47,777 bases of DNA from Octopus bimaculoides (taxonomy: Eukaryota), in contig NC_068993.1 in the NCBI RefSeq assembly GCF_001194135.2, positions 5,549,052-5,596,828 of the forward strand. The letters are read 5' to 3'. Position 1 is the stretch's first letter, and every line of letters begins with the position of its first letter. The notes below the pieces were generated by a model. That model was given only the letters and a program-made list of their open reading frames with translations. It was not told the origin of the DNA and did not search any database. A program made the position numbers and the translations under genes. Below, piece after piece: positions 1 through 10,600 of the stretch.

Positions 1-191
1 ATTAAGGGTAAGAGAAACCGTTGATAGCGCAAACCCTAAGACAGGCCGCAAGTCCGATGCCCGAAAATGAAAAAAACCTCGTTATAAACAAATAATGAAA
101 AGGGAGAAAGTATTACATGGAGATTCTTGTTGTGACTTGACAGATGACTAAAGAATCCGGTGCATTTTTTTGCCTACACTGTGTTACGAAG

Positions 192-193
<2 letters not shown>

Positions 194-232
<39 letters not shown>
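194..232. repeat. (AAT)n microsatellite
   Basis: Direct inspection. Confidence 0.95.
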
Positions 233-235
<3 letters not shown>

Positions 236-510
236 GAGTACCTGTGTCGTCAGTAAGCCTAACTTCTTTTGTTTCTAAATTCGATGTCGTTTCGTCGTAT
301 ACCTTCAGCGAACTTGAGTCAATTTAAAAAGAGACCGATTGCAGACGTCTGTGTGTGTTTATGTGTATGAGAGAGAGAGAGACAGAGACAGACAGTGAGA
401 GAGAGAGAAAACGCGGGCGAGAGTCGTGCGTGTATGTACGTAAATGAGTTATTTGATGCATATGACATATAAACACTTTAATTGTACATAAAGTTTATGT
501 TGGGGCTACA

Positions 511-665
511 CACTAGCGTAGCTAGAGAAGAGTGGAGGAGGCGGTCCGCCGGGAACGGCACCACTTTTGGGGTCTGCTGTAAGCAACACGTAATTTTTGT
601 GGGGGGCTCGGGGGCGGCAAAATGAAAGAACGCCCCGGGCGGCACGCACTTTAGCTACGCTAATG
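511..665. mobile_element. hAT-like MITE
   Basis: TIRs cactagcgtagcta / tagctacgctaatg; GC-rich interior; TSD not recognisable. Confidence 0.55.
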
Positions 666-1377
666 GGTATATGTAACCTTTTCTTTTATCTGGAAGCTCG
701 GTCTGGTTTCCATGTTTTTTTCTTTCTTTTTATCTTTTTTTTTACAGTGTAAACTTGTCCGTACACATTCCACTTTCACTGAGTTTTCTTGTCTATAGTG
801 TTCCTTCTTGTCCCTCTCCTTTATCTTTTCCCGACGAGTTCTAGAGCACCTGAGCACTATACAATAAAAACGATATTGTTCTGATAGAAATGAACTATTT
901 ACTAGTAAATATCTATTTAAGTAAAAAAAAAAAAAATGGCANNNNNNNNNNNNNNNNNNNNNNNNNNNNNNNNNNNNNNNNNNNNNNNNNNNNNNNNNNN
1001 NNNNNNNNNNNNNNNNNNNNNNNNNNNNNNNNNNNNNNNNNNNNNNNNNNNNNNNNNNNNNNNNNNNNNNNNNNNNNNNNNNNNNNNNNNNNNNNNNNNN
1101 NNNNNNNNNNNNNNNNNNNNNNNNNNNNNNNNNNNNNNNNNNNNNNNNNNNNNNNNNNNNNNNNNNNNNNNNNNNNNNNNNNNNNNNNNNNNNNNNNNNN
1201 NNNNNNNNNNNNNNNNNNNNNNNNNNNNNNNNNNNNNNNNNNNNNNNNNNNNNNNNNNNNNNNNNNNNNNNNNNNNNNNNNNNNNNNNNNNNNNNNNNNN
1301 NNNNNNNNNNNNNNNNNNNNNNNNNNNNGCACGCACGTACACACAAACATACATACACACATACATAATCATACACA

Positions 1378-1515
1378 TATCTTTTATCTTTTACTTGTTT
1401 TAGTCATTAGACAGCGACCATGATGGGGCACCACCTTGAAGAAATATTAGTACTTATTCTATCGGCCTCTTTGACCGAACCGCTAAGTTACGGGGACGTA
1501 AGCAGACCAGCACCG
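1378..1515 (-). mobile_element. SINE fragment
   Basis: Shared octopus-type SINE body (tacttattctatcgg...accgctaagttacggggacgta). Confidence 0.7.
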
Positions 1516-1526
1516 GTTCAGGCCCA

Positions 1527-1633
1527 CTTTTAGAGATGTTTATTGACTTAACCGGTTTCACTTTTTTAGAAAAAGATGATCGAAAGTAATCTAAAAAAGT
1601 GAAACCGGTCAAGTCAATAAACACCTCTAAAAG
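1527..1633. repeat. 44-bp inverted repeat with 19-nt spacer (foldback/MITE)
   Basis: Arms 1527-1570 and 1590-1633, two mismatches. Confidence 0.9.
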
Positions 1634-1655
1634 ACCTTTGCATTTTCAAACCTTC

Positions 1656-1693
<38 letters not shown>

Positions 1694-2299
1694 CCCGGTA
1701 GTGGAGACATAGACAGATCTGTATTGCTATTTTTTTTTGGTCTCGAGAACAGACTTATGATCAAAAGCGTTTGCCTTTCTTGCATGTATAGGATTATATA
1801 ATCAAATATGTCCTCCCTTATTTAAAACAAGTATGATCTGAGAGAAATATGGTAACTGTTTCTAGCATATCGAAGAACAATGAGAATTTCTCGGTGTCCG
1901 TAATTTATTTTATAAATACAAGGACTTGTATACAACTGAAATATTGATTAATATTTTATTGTTATCGTATTCTGCTAGTCGGCACTTAAGTAATTACATT
2001 TCTCATGTCGTCCGTTTTTTGTTAAAGCAGTCGATAAAATCTCATTCGTTGCTATGTTGCATTGTTTGCAACGTTTAGTCATTGGCGGTTAGGCATTAAA
2101 AAGTTTGTTTCGCAACCACGTAATTTCCGGTTCAGGACCATTTTGCGACGTCTTGGACAAGAGTCTTCAACTTTCGCACTAAGCTGACAAAAGTTTTGTG
2201 AGTGAATCTATCTATCTAATACTTGTTTCAGGTCATTGGACTGCGGCCACGCTGAGGTACTACCTTCAGTTCGCTGCGATATGGCGCTTTGGGTGGACG

Positions 2300-2575
2300 A
2301 CGGTTCCCTCGTTTCTTCCAGCCTGTGCGCTTGGAGGAGCTGGACCACCGACAACAAAGTTCTTGACATGGTTAACGGTTCACCTTAGTGAAGTGTCAGG
2401 TGGTGCCTGTAACGGTACTTGGCTGATCCAACGCCTTAGCCTCGCTGTTGCAAGCAATAATACCGCGAGTGTTTTGGTTTGCTTTAGCACAGGAATGGGA
2501 AACCCCCGCCCGCGAGCACATTTTATTACGCCTGCAGGCCGATATACTCGTATATACGAAATATAATAAATTTTT
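2300..2575 (+). mobile_element. 3' fragment of CRE-like (RLE) non-LTR retrotransposon
   Basis: FLPACALGGAGPPTTKFLTWL...WLIQRLSLAVASNNTASVL resembles the CRE C-terminal motif G..GP.A..FL..L...QRLS.AVQRGNA..VL; followed by aataataaa. Confidence 0.55.
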
Positions 2576-2736
2576 CAATTATAAGATTTATGCAATTTTC
2601 ATAACCTATTTTCGACACAGCTCGCGTTTCTACAACGCCGCAGGTAAATGATTGAAACAAGTAAAAGATAAAAGATTGTGTTCCTATATCAACTATGATC
2701 TTCCCAAGCAAATAAATAAGATCGCCATATGGGCGA

Positions 2737-3030
2737 TCTTACGGTATGAGTCCTAAATATCGGTCTTTTCCGTAAAAAGTGTCTTCGGCGATCTTTACCA
2801 AAAATCGGCCTTTTCCGTAATATCCACACGATCTTCACTACTGTGTTAGGGTTGGGGTTAGTGTTTAGGGTTAGGGTTAGGGACGGAACTCCCTAACCCA
2901 AACCCTAACCCTAAACCCTTCAAAATAAATAGCGCTCTCTGTATGTCTTTCGCTTTTATGGCGTCGTTTCCCTGTTTCTCTCCAACACTTTTTACGGAAA
3001 AGGCCGATATTTAGGACTCGTACCGTAAGA
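2737..3030. mobile_element. Foldback MITE with internal inverted telomeric repeats
   Basis: 46-bp TIRs (2737-2782 / 2985-3030, 2 mismatches); core TTAGGG-like array - ACGGAACT - CCCTAA-like array at 2846-2919. Confidence 0.75.
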
Positions 3031-3259
3031 ATTTAAGTAATGCAAAAACAAATAAATTCTATTTTTGTTTTTATTTGAATAAAAAAAACTTGATAGCTGT
3101 CAATATCCGTATCTAAAAAAGCACAACACACAAACAGACGCGCGCGTACCCCTCCCCCTTTTCTTAGCTCTCCTGTGTGAACTTTCTGTCCGGCAGTCGC
3201 CATGATAGATCACTGACCACAACATTCAAATTTTTTTTCTCCGTGTTTTTCTCCTTATT

Positions 3260-3296
3260 TCTTTCTGTTGAAGAGCGTAGCTCGAAACGTTAAAGA
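3260..3296 (+). ncRNA. Minimal hammerhead-like motif, degenerate core (Penelope-like repeat end)
   Basis: TCTTT CTGTTGA A GAGC gta GCTC GAAAC GTT AAAGA. Confidence 0.45.
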
Positions 3297-3578
3297 CTTT
3301 CTCTATTCCCGAGCGTTAAACTAATACATCCTTTTGTTGTTTACACCACCTGTCCTCGTCTGTTGTTTTTTTTTTCGTAAATTCTCTCATATATATACGT
3401 ACCCACACACGCAATGACATTATGCATTAAGTGTCAGTATGCTGCTAGAGGGAGAAAAATAAACAAAACTTGATGTTTAATATATGTTAGAAGTAGAGAA
3501 AAATATTTAGTCAATAGAAGGCGAACACACACACACGCACACTCGCACACACGCACACACACACACACACACACCATG

Positions 3579-3790
3579 GTGGCGAGCTGGCAGAAGCGTT
3601 AGCACGCCGGGCGAAATGCTTAGCGGTGTTTCGTCTGCCGTTACGTTCTGAGTTCAAATTCCGCAGAGGTCGACTTTGCCTTTCATCCTTTCGGGGTCGA
3701 TAAATTAAGTACCAGTTACGCACTGAAGTCCATGTGATCGACTTAATCCCTTTGTCTGTCCTTGTTTGTCCCCTCTATGTTTAGCCCCTA
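3579..3790 (+). mobile_element. tRNA-derived SINE, young copy
   Basis: ggcgagctggcagaa...ctgagttcaaattcc (A/B-box-like), taagtaccagtt body; many copies in window. Confidence 0.85.
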
Positions 3791-3807
3791 TGTGTGTATG
3801 TGCCAGT

Positions 3808-3984
3808 GGAGGCGCAATGGCCCAGTGGTTAGGGCAGTGGACTCGCGGTCATAGGATCGCAGTTTCGATTCCCAGACCGGGCGTTGTGAGTGTTTATTGA
3901 GCGAAAACACCCAAAGCACCACGAGGCTCCGGCAGGGGATGGTAGCGAACCCTGCTGTACTCTTCCACCACAACTTTCTCTCAC
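3808..3984 (+). mobile_element. tRNA-derived SINE, second family
   Basis: ggaggcgcaatggcccagtggttagg...gtttcgattccc; related copy at 45258-45470. Confidence 0.8.
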
Positions 3985-4310
3985 NNNNNNNNNNACCCTC
4001 GTCGTCGTAAGCGACGGAGTGCCAACAACAACAACCAAAAATGTTTATTCACTGTTAGAAAGTAATGTTATAACTTTTTTCGGTTCTTTTAGATGAATAA
4101 ATTTTCTTTCTGTTAAAGTCTTTCTAAAAGTAGCAGTGAAGGAAGGGTTGTTCATAGAATATAGGTCTAGGTTCTCCAATTTTTGAAAAAAAAAAAAAAA
4201 GAAACACTTGTCTCTTGTGATTAAATACAAAATAACAAAATGTGAAGAGGGGAGGTAACTACTATTTTTGTTTTGTGCTGCTTTCCGTTAGATGTCGCGT
4301 TGTTTTGACA

Positions 4311-4345
4311 GTCAACCAATCAGAATCAACTACTAAAATTCAAAT
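4311..4345 (+). promoter_or_regulatory. Candidate G2/M promoter: CCAAT box plus reverse CHR element
   Basis: aaCCAATcag at 4314-4323 and TTCAAA (reverse complement of TTTGAA) at 4339-4344, about 95-120 nt upstream of the DLGAP5 ATG. Confidence 0.4.
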
Positions 4346-4437
4346 CATTTTTACTCAACTTAATGTGCTTGTTGGATATCCGAGTTTTGCTGTTGAATTG
4401 TTTATTTTGAAATTTTAACGATTAATTTTTATCAATC

Positions 4438-4693
4438 ATGTCATCCCATCAAACTGCTTACAAATGTACTGAACGCATTGATCCTAAAATCAAACGTCGT
4501 CTTCGTCGATCGCAAGAATGGCAAAACAAACGTGATGAAATGGTGAATAGAAGGCGCAAAATAGGAGTAATGTCTCCGTGTACGGAATTTGATCTTTCCC
4601 TAAATTCTCCTGTGTTGGAAAATGCATTGACGAAAACTTCCGAGGACAAAGAAAACAAGAAAATAATCCGAGAGAATAAGAAACAACAGAAAT
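4438..4693 (+). CDS. DLGAP5: DLGAP5 exon 1
   Basis: ATG MSSHQTAYK...KKQQK, donor T|gtaagt, phase 1. Confidence 0.8.
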
Positions 4694-7600
4694 GTAAGTT
4701 TATATTGTTTTTACAACATAAATATTTACATCATTATGATGGAAGTACATAGAAAATGTTTGAAAAAGTTTTGAAAATGTGTAACTTGTCATTTACCATA
4801 GTAACGGTTCTTTTTTCACGCATGAATACATGTGGAGAAATGTATTTGGTATCTTGTTTCTTCTGTTAATGAGCTTAAATATTTGTAGTGTTTATAGTCG
4901 TCGTTTCCCACTCCCCACTTTTTGAAAATTTATTTCTTCTGCCTTCATGCAAGTATTCCATTTTGTGTACATGTCACATACCATCCTTCATGTTCATGAA
5001 ATTTTTATGGATCAAAATTCATTGATGAATATATTTTTGAAGGCGTTAAATTTATATACATATATATATTTGTATATATAATTTATGGGCGGCACTAGTG
5101 TAGACTACGGTTCCCGTCGATTTATTTTCATTGTCGAGTACTTTCGTTCGTTAAATACTAAATTAAGGAAACATTAGTTTCTTGATCGTATCCCTTTAAC
5201 GGAATCTACAGTACCTACTTTAACATAAAAGCACTCTTAACTAAATGAGGTTCCGCACGAGTCAACGACAAAACCTCAACAAGGTCGTTCGAACGGCAAG
5301 TGGCAACCAAACCTCCCTCAAATCAAATCTTTCTTTAAAGAAAAAAAAATAGAGAAAGAAACACTATATAATGTAGTTCTAGATGCAGTCTCTGGGAAAA
5401 AAAATGGGGATCGTATGTATATTTGTTATGTTTTTGATCAGAGCTGACCTGGGTTTAAGCAATTACATTCGTAAAAATCAAATAAAAAGGAAGAAAAAAA
5501 AAATCATCATAATTGTAATTTACTTAGTCGAATGTATCTATACAATTTCTGTTAGAATTATTTATTATTAAGAAAGTAATGAGGAAACAAAACCAGGAGA
5601 CGGAGACCTTAAACTTGTTTTTGTTGGATCGTTAGTCTTGGCTTCACAGCTATTTTTTTTTTTTGTTTCTTTGTGGGTTGAATCTCGTTGAAATAACAAA
5701 TATTTTTTTATATAAAGCAAGCAACCTTTAGACCGTAACCTACTTTGTTTTTGTTTGTTACCTTGATCAAATGATTGTTTCCTCAGTATTACTTAAATAC
5801 AGAGGTCTCATAACGGTACTACTTAAATACAAGTGTTGCGTACAAAACATTTTAAATGTACGCTGTGTGGACGTGTAATGACACCCTAACCTTAAAAATT
5901 AACCCTCCCCTTCATATCCGTTACGTAGATGCATCGGCACCTCTGTGTTTAAATAGTACCGTTTCCTCTTCAGTAAATATGTCCTAAATATCAATTTACA
6001 AAACAAAGATTTCTGACCTTGAATTATTTTTCCTTTCTCCCAACCGCTTTTAAATCAAACATCATTAACAGGTCAATATTACTGTCTTTTTTTAATGTTT
6101 TATGTGTTTCTGAAAGGGGGCGGGGGAAAGAAAGGATGGGTAAAAACGCATAATTTTTGTTGATTAATAAGTTTCAAAAGATGCAAAGTTAAAAGAAATA
6201 CCTTTGTCGATATAATCTCTTGCCAGTTACAGTTATTAATTTACAGGTGTGTTGGGTGTTTCATACCTCCATGCTCCTTAGTCCTCACTTCTACTCATCT
6301 TGTACTCTCAAGTTCCACCTCTTCACACTTTATATCTTTGATCGCTCCTATCGTCTTTTCTAAATGTGAGTAGTTGTGTAGCCCCTCTTCTGCAGCGAAT
6401 CCTGTTCTGCTCTAGCCCCCTTTTCACTTTAATTCCTCATCTAGCATAAAGCCGACCCTTAGGGCTTGTAGTCTTGCAAACTACATGATAGCTCCTACTA
6501 TCCTCCTGGCTTGCCAGTCCAACCCATTTCCATTTACCAAACCCACTCACAAAGCTTCAGATTAAAATTTGAAACTTGTGTTTATAGGTCTCTAGTTTCC
6601 GTACTGATACAGTTATTTCTCACTATCCAATCAACCCCATCAGAATTAACCTAGAATTTAACTTTTTTTTTCTTTCATTTCAAATTTCAGTTGATTGCAA
6701 ACAGCCCCAATGTATGTTTTACTCAATTGTCTTTTGTTATTTAATGATTTCAGTTGCGGAGGGGGGGAAAAATGTTTTCTCTCTCAAACAAAAGGTCAAT
6801 CTTGAAATGTCAGACTTCCCACTCACCCATGCCATCTTCTTCCTCCACACCATGCAAACTTAATCCAAATTCAAGACTATATCTCTTTACTTATAATGTT
6901 ATTGGTTCAACTTGATTCAAAGCTCTTCAACCACACTCAAATGGTGCCCTTAACGTGCCACTGGTATGTACATTGTCTATGGTTACTGACAGTATGTGTC
7001 CTTTAAATAAGATTAAAGGATCGCATTTGGAGCTGGCATTATTTTTTTATCACAACAGGCAGAATACTGGTGGATTATATGTCTTAGTCTTGTCCGTTGA
7101 TGGCATATGGCTTAGTGGCTAGATTGTTAGGGTCATAACCAAAAGGCTGTAGTTTCAGTTCCTGGACTTGGCAGTGTGTGATGTGTCCTTGAGCAAGGTA
7201 ATTCATTTCACATTTCTCCAGACTTCTCAACTTTAAATGAATACCGGCTTAGAGCTTCTGCAGCCTTCTCTCTCTCTCTCTCGCTCTCCCTTTAGCTGTC
7301 GCATCCTTGGTTCTCCACAAGAGCTGATGAGGAGTGTCTGTGTCTGCTCATGACTTAATAGGCACCTAAAGCAATTAACAAAAGCATGGTACATTTTACC
7401 AGCTCATATTTATTGGTGAGTGACAGCTACAGCTATTTTAGTCTTGTAGTCTTTATCTTCAAATTTTGCCTGACATCTTTTTCTTTCATAAGATCTTTTC
7501 ATGGATTCTTCTCATTATTATTATTATATAGGCAATGAACGGCTGAAAATGCTGCAGAAATGGAAGGAAGAGAAAGAGCTGCAACGGAAGCAGACAGCAT

Positions 7601-10600
7601 TGGAGAAGGCAAAGTGTAAGCCCTTTGTTGTGACAGTCAGCCGACAACCCGCTAAGTCTGCCTTCGATATTAAATGGGAACAGAAGTTACAGAAGGTAAC
7701 AACTATTATAAGCTTTTCCTTTATTGAAATGCCCTATTTATTCACATTGTTTTGAATTAATCATCCGTTATCTTGGAATGCTCAATGGTGACAACGCACC
7801 TCTCTTCGAAGACAGTGATGCAAAACAACGAAATGATAGGAACCATGGGTATAGAATTGATGGGCCGCGGGTTTTTGGTCTCAAACAAGGCTCAGGCTGT
7901 TGATATTTTTGTGTGGAAGTGTGACGGGAACAGTCTGATCCCAATTATTGAGAGAGAATGTGAAAAAGGTTTCTGTCTTAAATCCACTCATGAGGTTTTA
8001 ATTAGCCTGGGGCTATAGTAGGAGACACTTGCCCTAGGTGTCAAGCAGTTGGACTGAACTCGGAACCATGTGGTTGGGAAGCAAGCTTCTTAACTCTGCA
8101 GCCTTGCATGTGTCTATAATGTGACATAAAAATTGTAAAAGAAGATTTTCGTGTTGGTGCTATGCAAAAAGCACCTGTGCTGGCATAATGTGATAAAGCA
8201 CTGAATCTCGCACCACATGCCATAGGACACATGGTGGTGCCATGTAAAAGCACCCAGTTCACTCTGTAAAGTGGTTGGTATTAGGAAGGGCATCCAATTG
8301 TTAAAACCCATACCAAAACAGATAACTGGGGCCTGGTGTGGCCCTCTGCCAGGCCAGCTCCTGCCAAACCATCCAATCTGTATCAGCATGGACATTAAGT
8401 GATGATGATAACCAGAGGGAGTTTCAGGTGGGTTGGGTTTAAAAGGGTTGATATTTTATATAAAATTTGATTTTTATATAAAAAGAAAAAAAAAAAAATT
8501 TTATTTATTTTTTTTTTATAAAGAAACAGATGAAAACTACTGCGCCAGTTGCAGAACCTCCCCACAAAACAAGAGCAGGCTCTGCTACCACTAGATCTAC
8601 CACTAGATCTACCACTGCTGCTACACGTGCAACAACCAGAGCGACAACTCGCCAAGCTGATGTTGCTCACAAGCTGAAAACTTCGTCTTTGGTTTTACCA
8701 GAGAAGAAAGCACCCACCACAAGGCAGCCTGCTCGGCTTACGGCAGCAAGTGATAGCAAAAGAGTACCATTGACTACACAGACTAGAGTCACCAGGCAAA
8801 CGAATAACAGCAAAGCAGCCACCAGAGCAACTACTAGGACACAGCCTTCCACAAAAGCTAAAACAACATCAAGTGTAACTCAGAAACAGGCAAAATCGAA
8901 AATTGGTAAGTGTCTTTGGCAATGCCTCTGTTAGAATTTTGAATTTAGAAGTTTCTTACCTGTGCCCAGCATCGCCTTCCTGGCACTTGTGAAGACAATC
9001 GAGTGAGATCGTTGCCAGTGCTGCCGAACTGGCTTCTGTGCAGGTGGCACATAAAATACACCATTTTGAGTGTGGCCGTTGCCAGTACCGCTTGACAGGC
9101 CTTCGTGCCGGTGGCACGTAAAAGCACCCACTACACTCTCGGAGTGGTTGGCGTTAGGAAGGGCATCCAGCTGCAGAAACTCTGCCAAATCAGATCGGAG
9201 CCTGGTGTAGCCATCTGGTTCCACCAGTCCTCAGTCAAATCGTCCAACCCATGCTAGCATGGAAAACGGATGATGATGATGATGAACCCACTAATAAGGC
9301 TTTAGTAGAAGACACTTGCCTAAGGTGGAACAGAATCTGAAACCATGTTGTTGAGAAGCTAATTTCTTAACCACACACCCATACCTGTGTCTATTTTATT
9401 AATTTCTGTTTTTTTTTATTATTTCAATCGTTTACAGAAGCCCCTGTTAAAGGTAAAAGTAAGCCCGAAACTACACACGACTTTGAGACATTGTCTTCAA
9501 AAGTTACAACACGGTCGGAAAGACAGACTGTCTCATTCGTTCCTGGAAATTTTGTCTTCACTGCCCCTGAAAATCTCCAAACTTATGATTTCTCATCTTC
9601 GCTAAGTCCAAACAGTACTCAGAATTTCTTCTTCAGTGGATTCAACGAACCTCCTACCAACATTTTGGGAAGGTATGTATTAGAATTAAAAGAGAAAAAG
9701 ACAGAATGTGCATTATCTTTATAGCTTTGAGATATCAATGATGTTATTGTTTATTTTTAGAATGACATTGCAGGGTAGGTGTGAGGGGTCAGATTTAAAT
9801 GCTAAAGGTTAAAGAAATGACTTTTATTTTTCAGAACTAGTGATTCCCCCACTAAAAATGTTGAGTCAAAAGACGAGGAGACGTCTCCAAATAGGTCTGG
9901 AATAGTTGAAGAGAGTGAAGTTCCTGAGAAACAAGACCAAAAATGTCTCGGAGCCACCACTTCTACTGAATCTCCATTCACTCCTGTTAGAAATAGTGCT
10001 GATGTAGCAGTCTTCAAGACTCCAGTTAGCAGCATTAGCTTAAAGTCGAAAAGGAATCAAAGGTCTTCTTCTGACTCCAAACCAAGTAACAAAAAGAAAC
10101 TCAGGAAATCGTCCTCTTGTCCTAAGATGGATTCAGCTAAAGTACCACAGTCGCCCGAAGAATGGTAAGTTAGAAAGGACAGTTTCTTTAGACAAGTTGA
10201 ATGGATGGTAGAATTGGCAGTGTCAGGTAGGATCAGATTAAGACCCGTAGAAGCCCTAATCACTTAAAAGATTTCTGTGGCCCCATATATACGCAGTTCA
10301 AAATATAAACCATAAAATAAATTTTTATTTTTTGAAATGAAACAAAACTTAACATTAAAATAGATTTGTACACCTCCCTTTTATATTTGAAAAGATTTCT
10401 CCTCCTCCATTTTAATTTCTAAGTCTTTGATCAGATCCTCACTATGAACACGCTGATCATATAAACCACTTCAAATTCAAAAGTGATTTCTTTTGTGCTG
10501 TAAACCATTTACCATTCCTGTGGTGCCTCACTTCCTTTGAGGCCCTAAGCATGTACTTCATCATCATCATCATCATCATGCTGGCATGGGTTAGACAAGT

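Noticed and set aside
745-870. Possible terminal exon of an upstream gene (tttacag|...AATAAA)
   Set aside because: Acceptor and poly(A)-like signals are present, but no recognisable peptide; such signals are common by chance in AT-rich DNA.
660-1423. Five long ORFs of 149-238 aa
   Set aside because: They are open only because they span the 387-N assembly gap; flanks are microsatellite or poly-A.
2846-2919. True telomere or chromosome-fusion scar
   Set aside because: The array is very short, sits within TIRs, and recurs at 26150-26200, so it is element-borne.
3579-3880. Functional tRNA genes
   Set aside because: tRNA-like A/B boxes lead directly into shared SINE bodies; no complete cloverleaf.
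6250-6550. Purine-rich minus-strand stretch with partial ORF
   Set aside because: Multiple stops and no identifiable motif; likely an old retroelement remnant.
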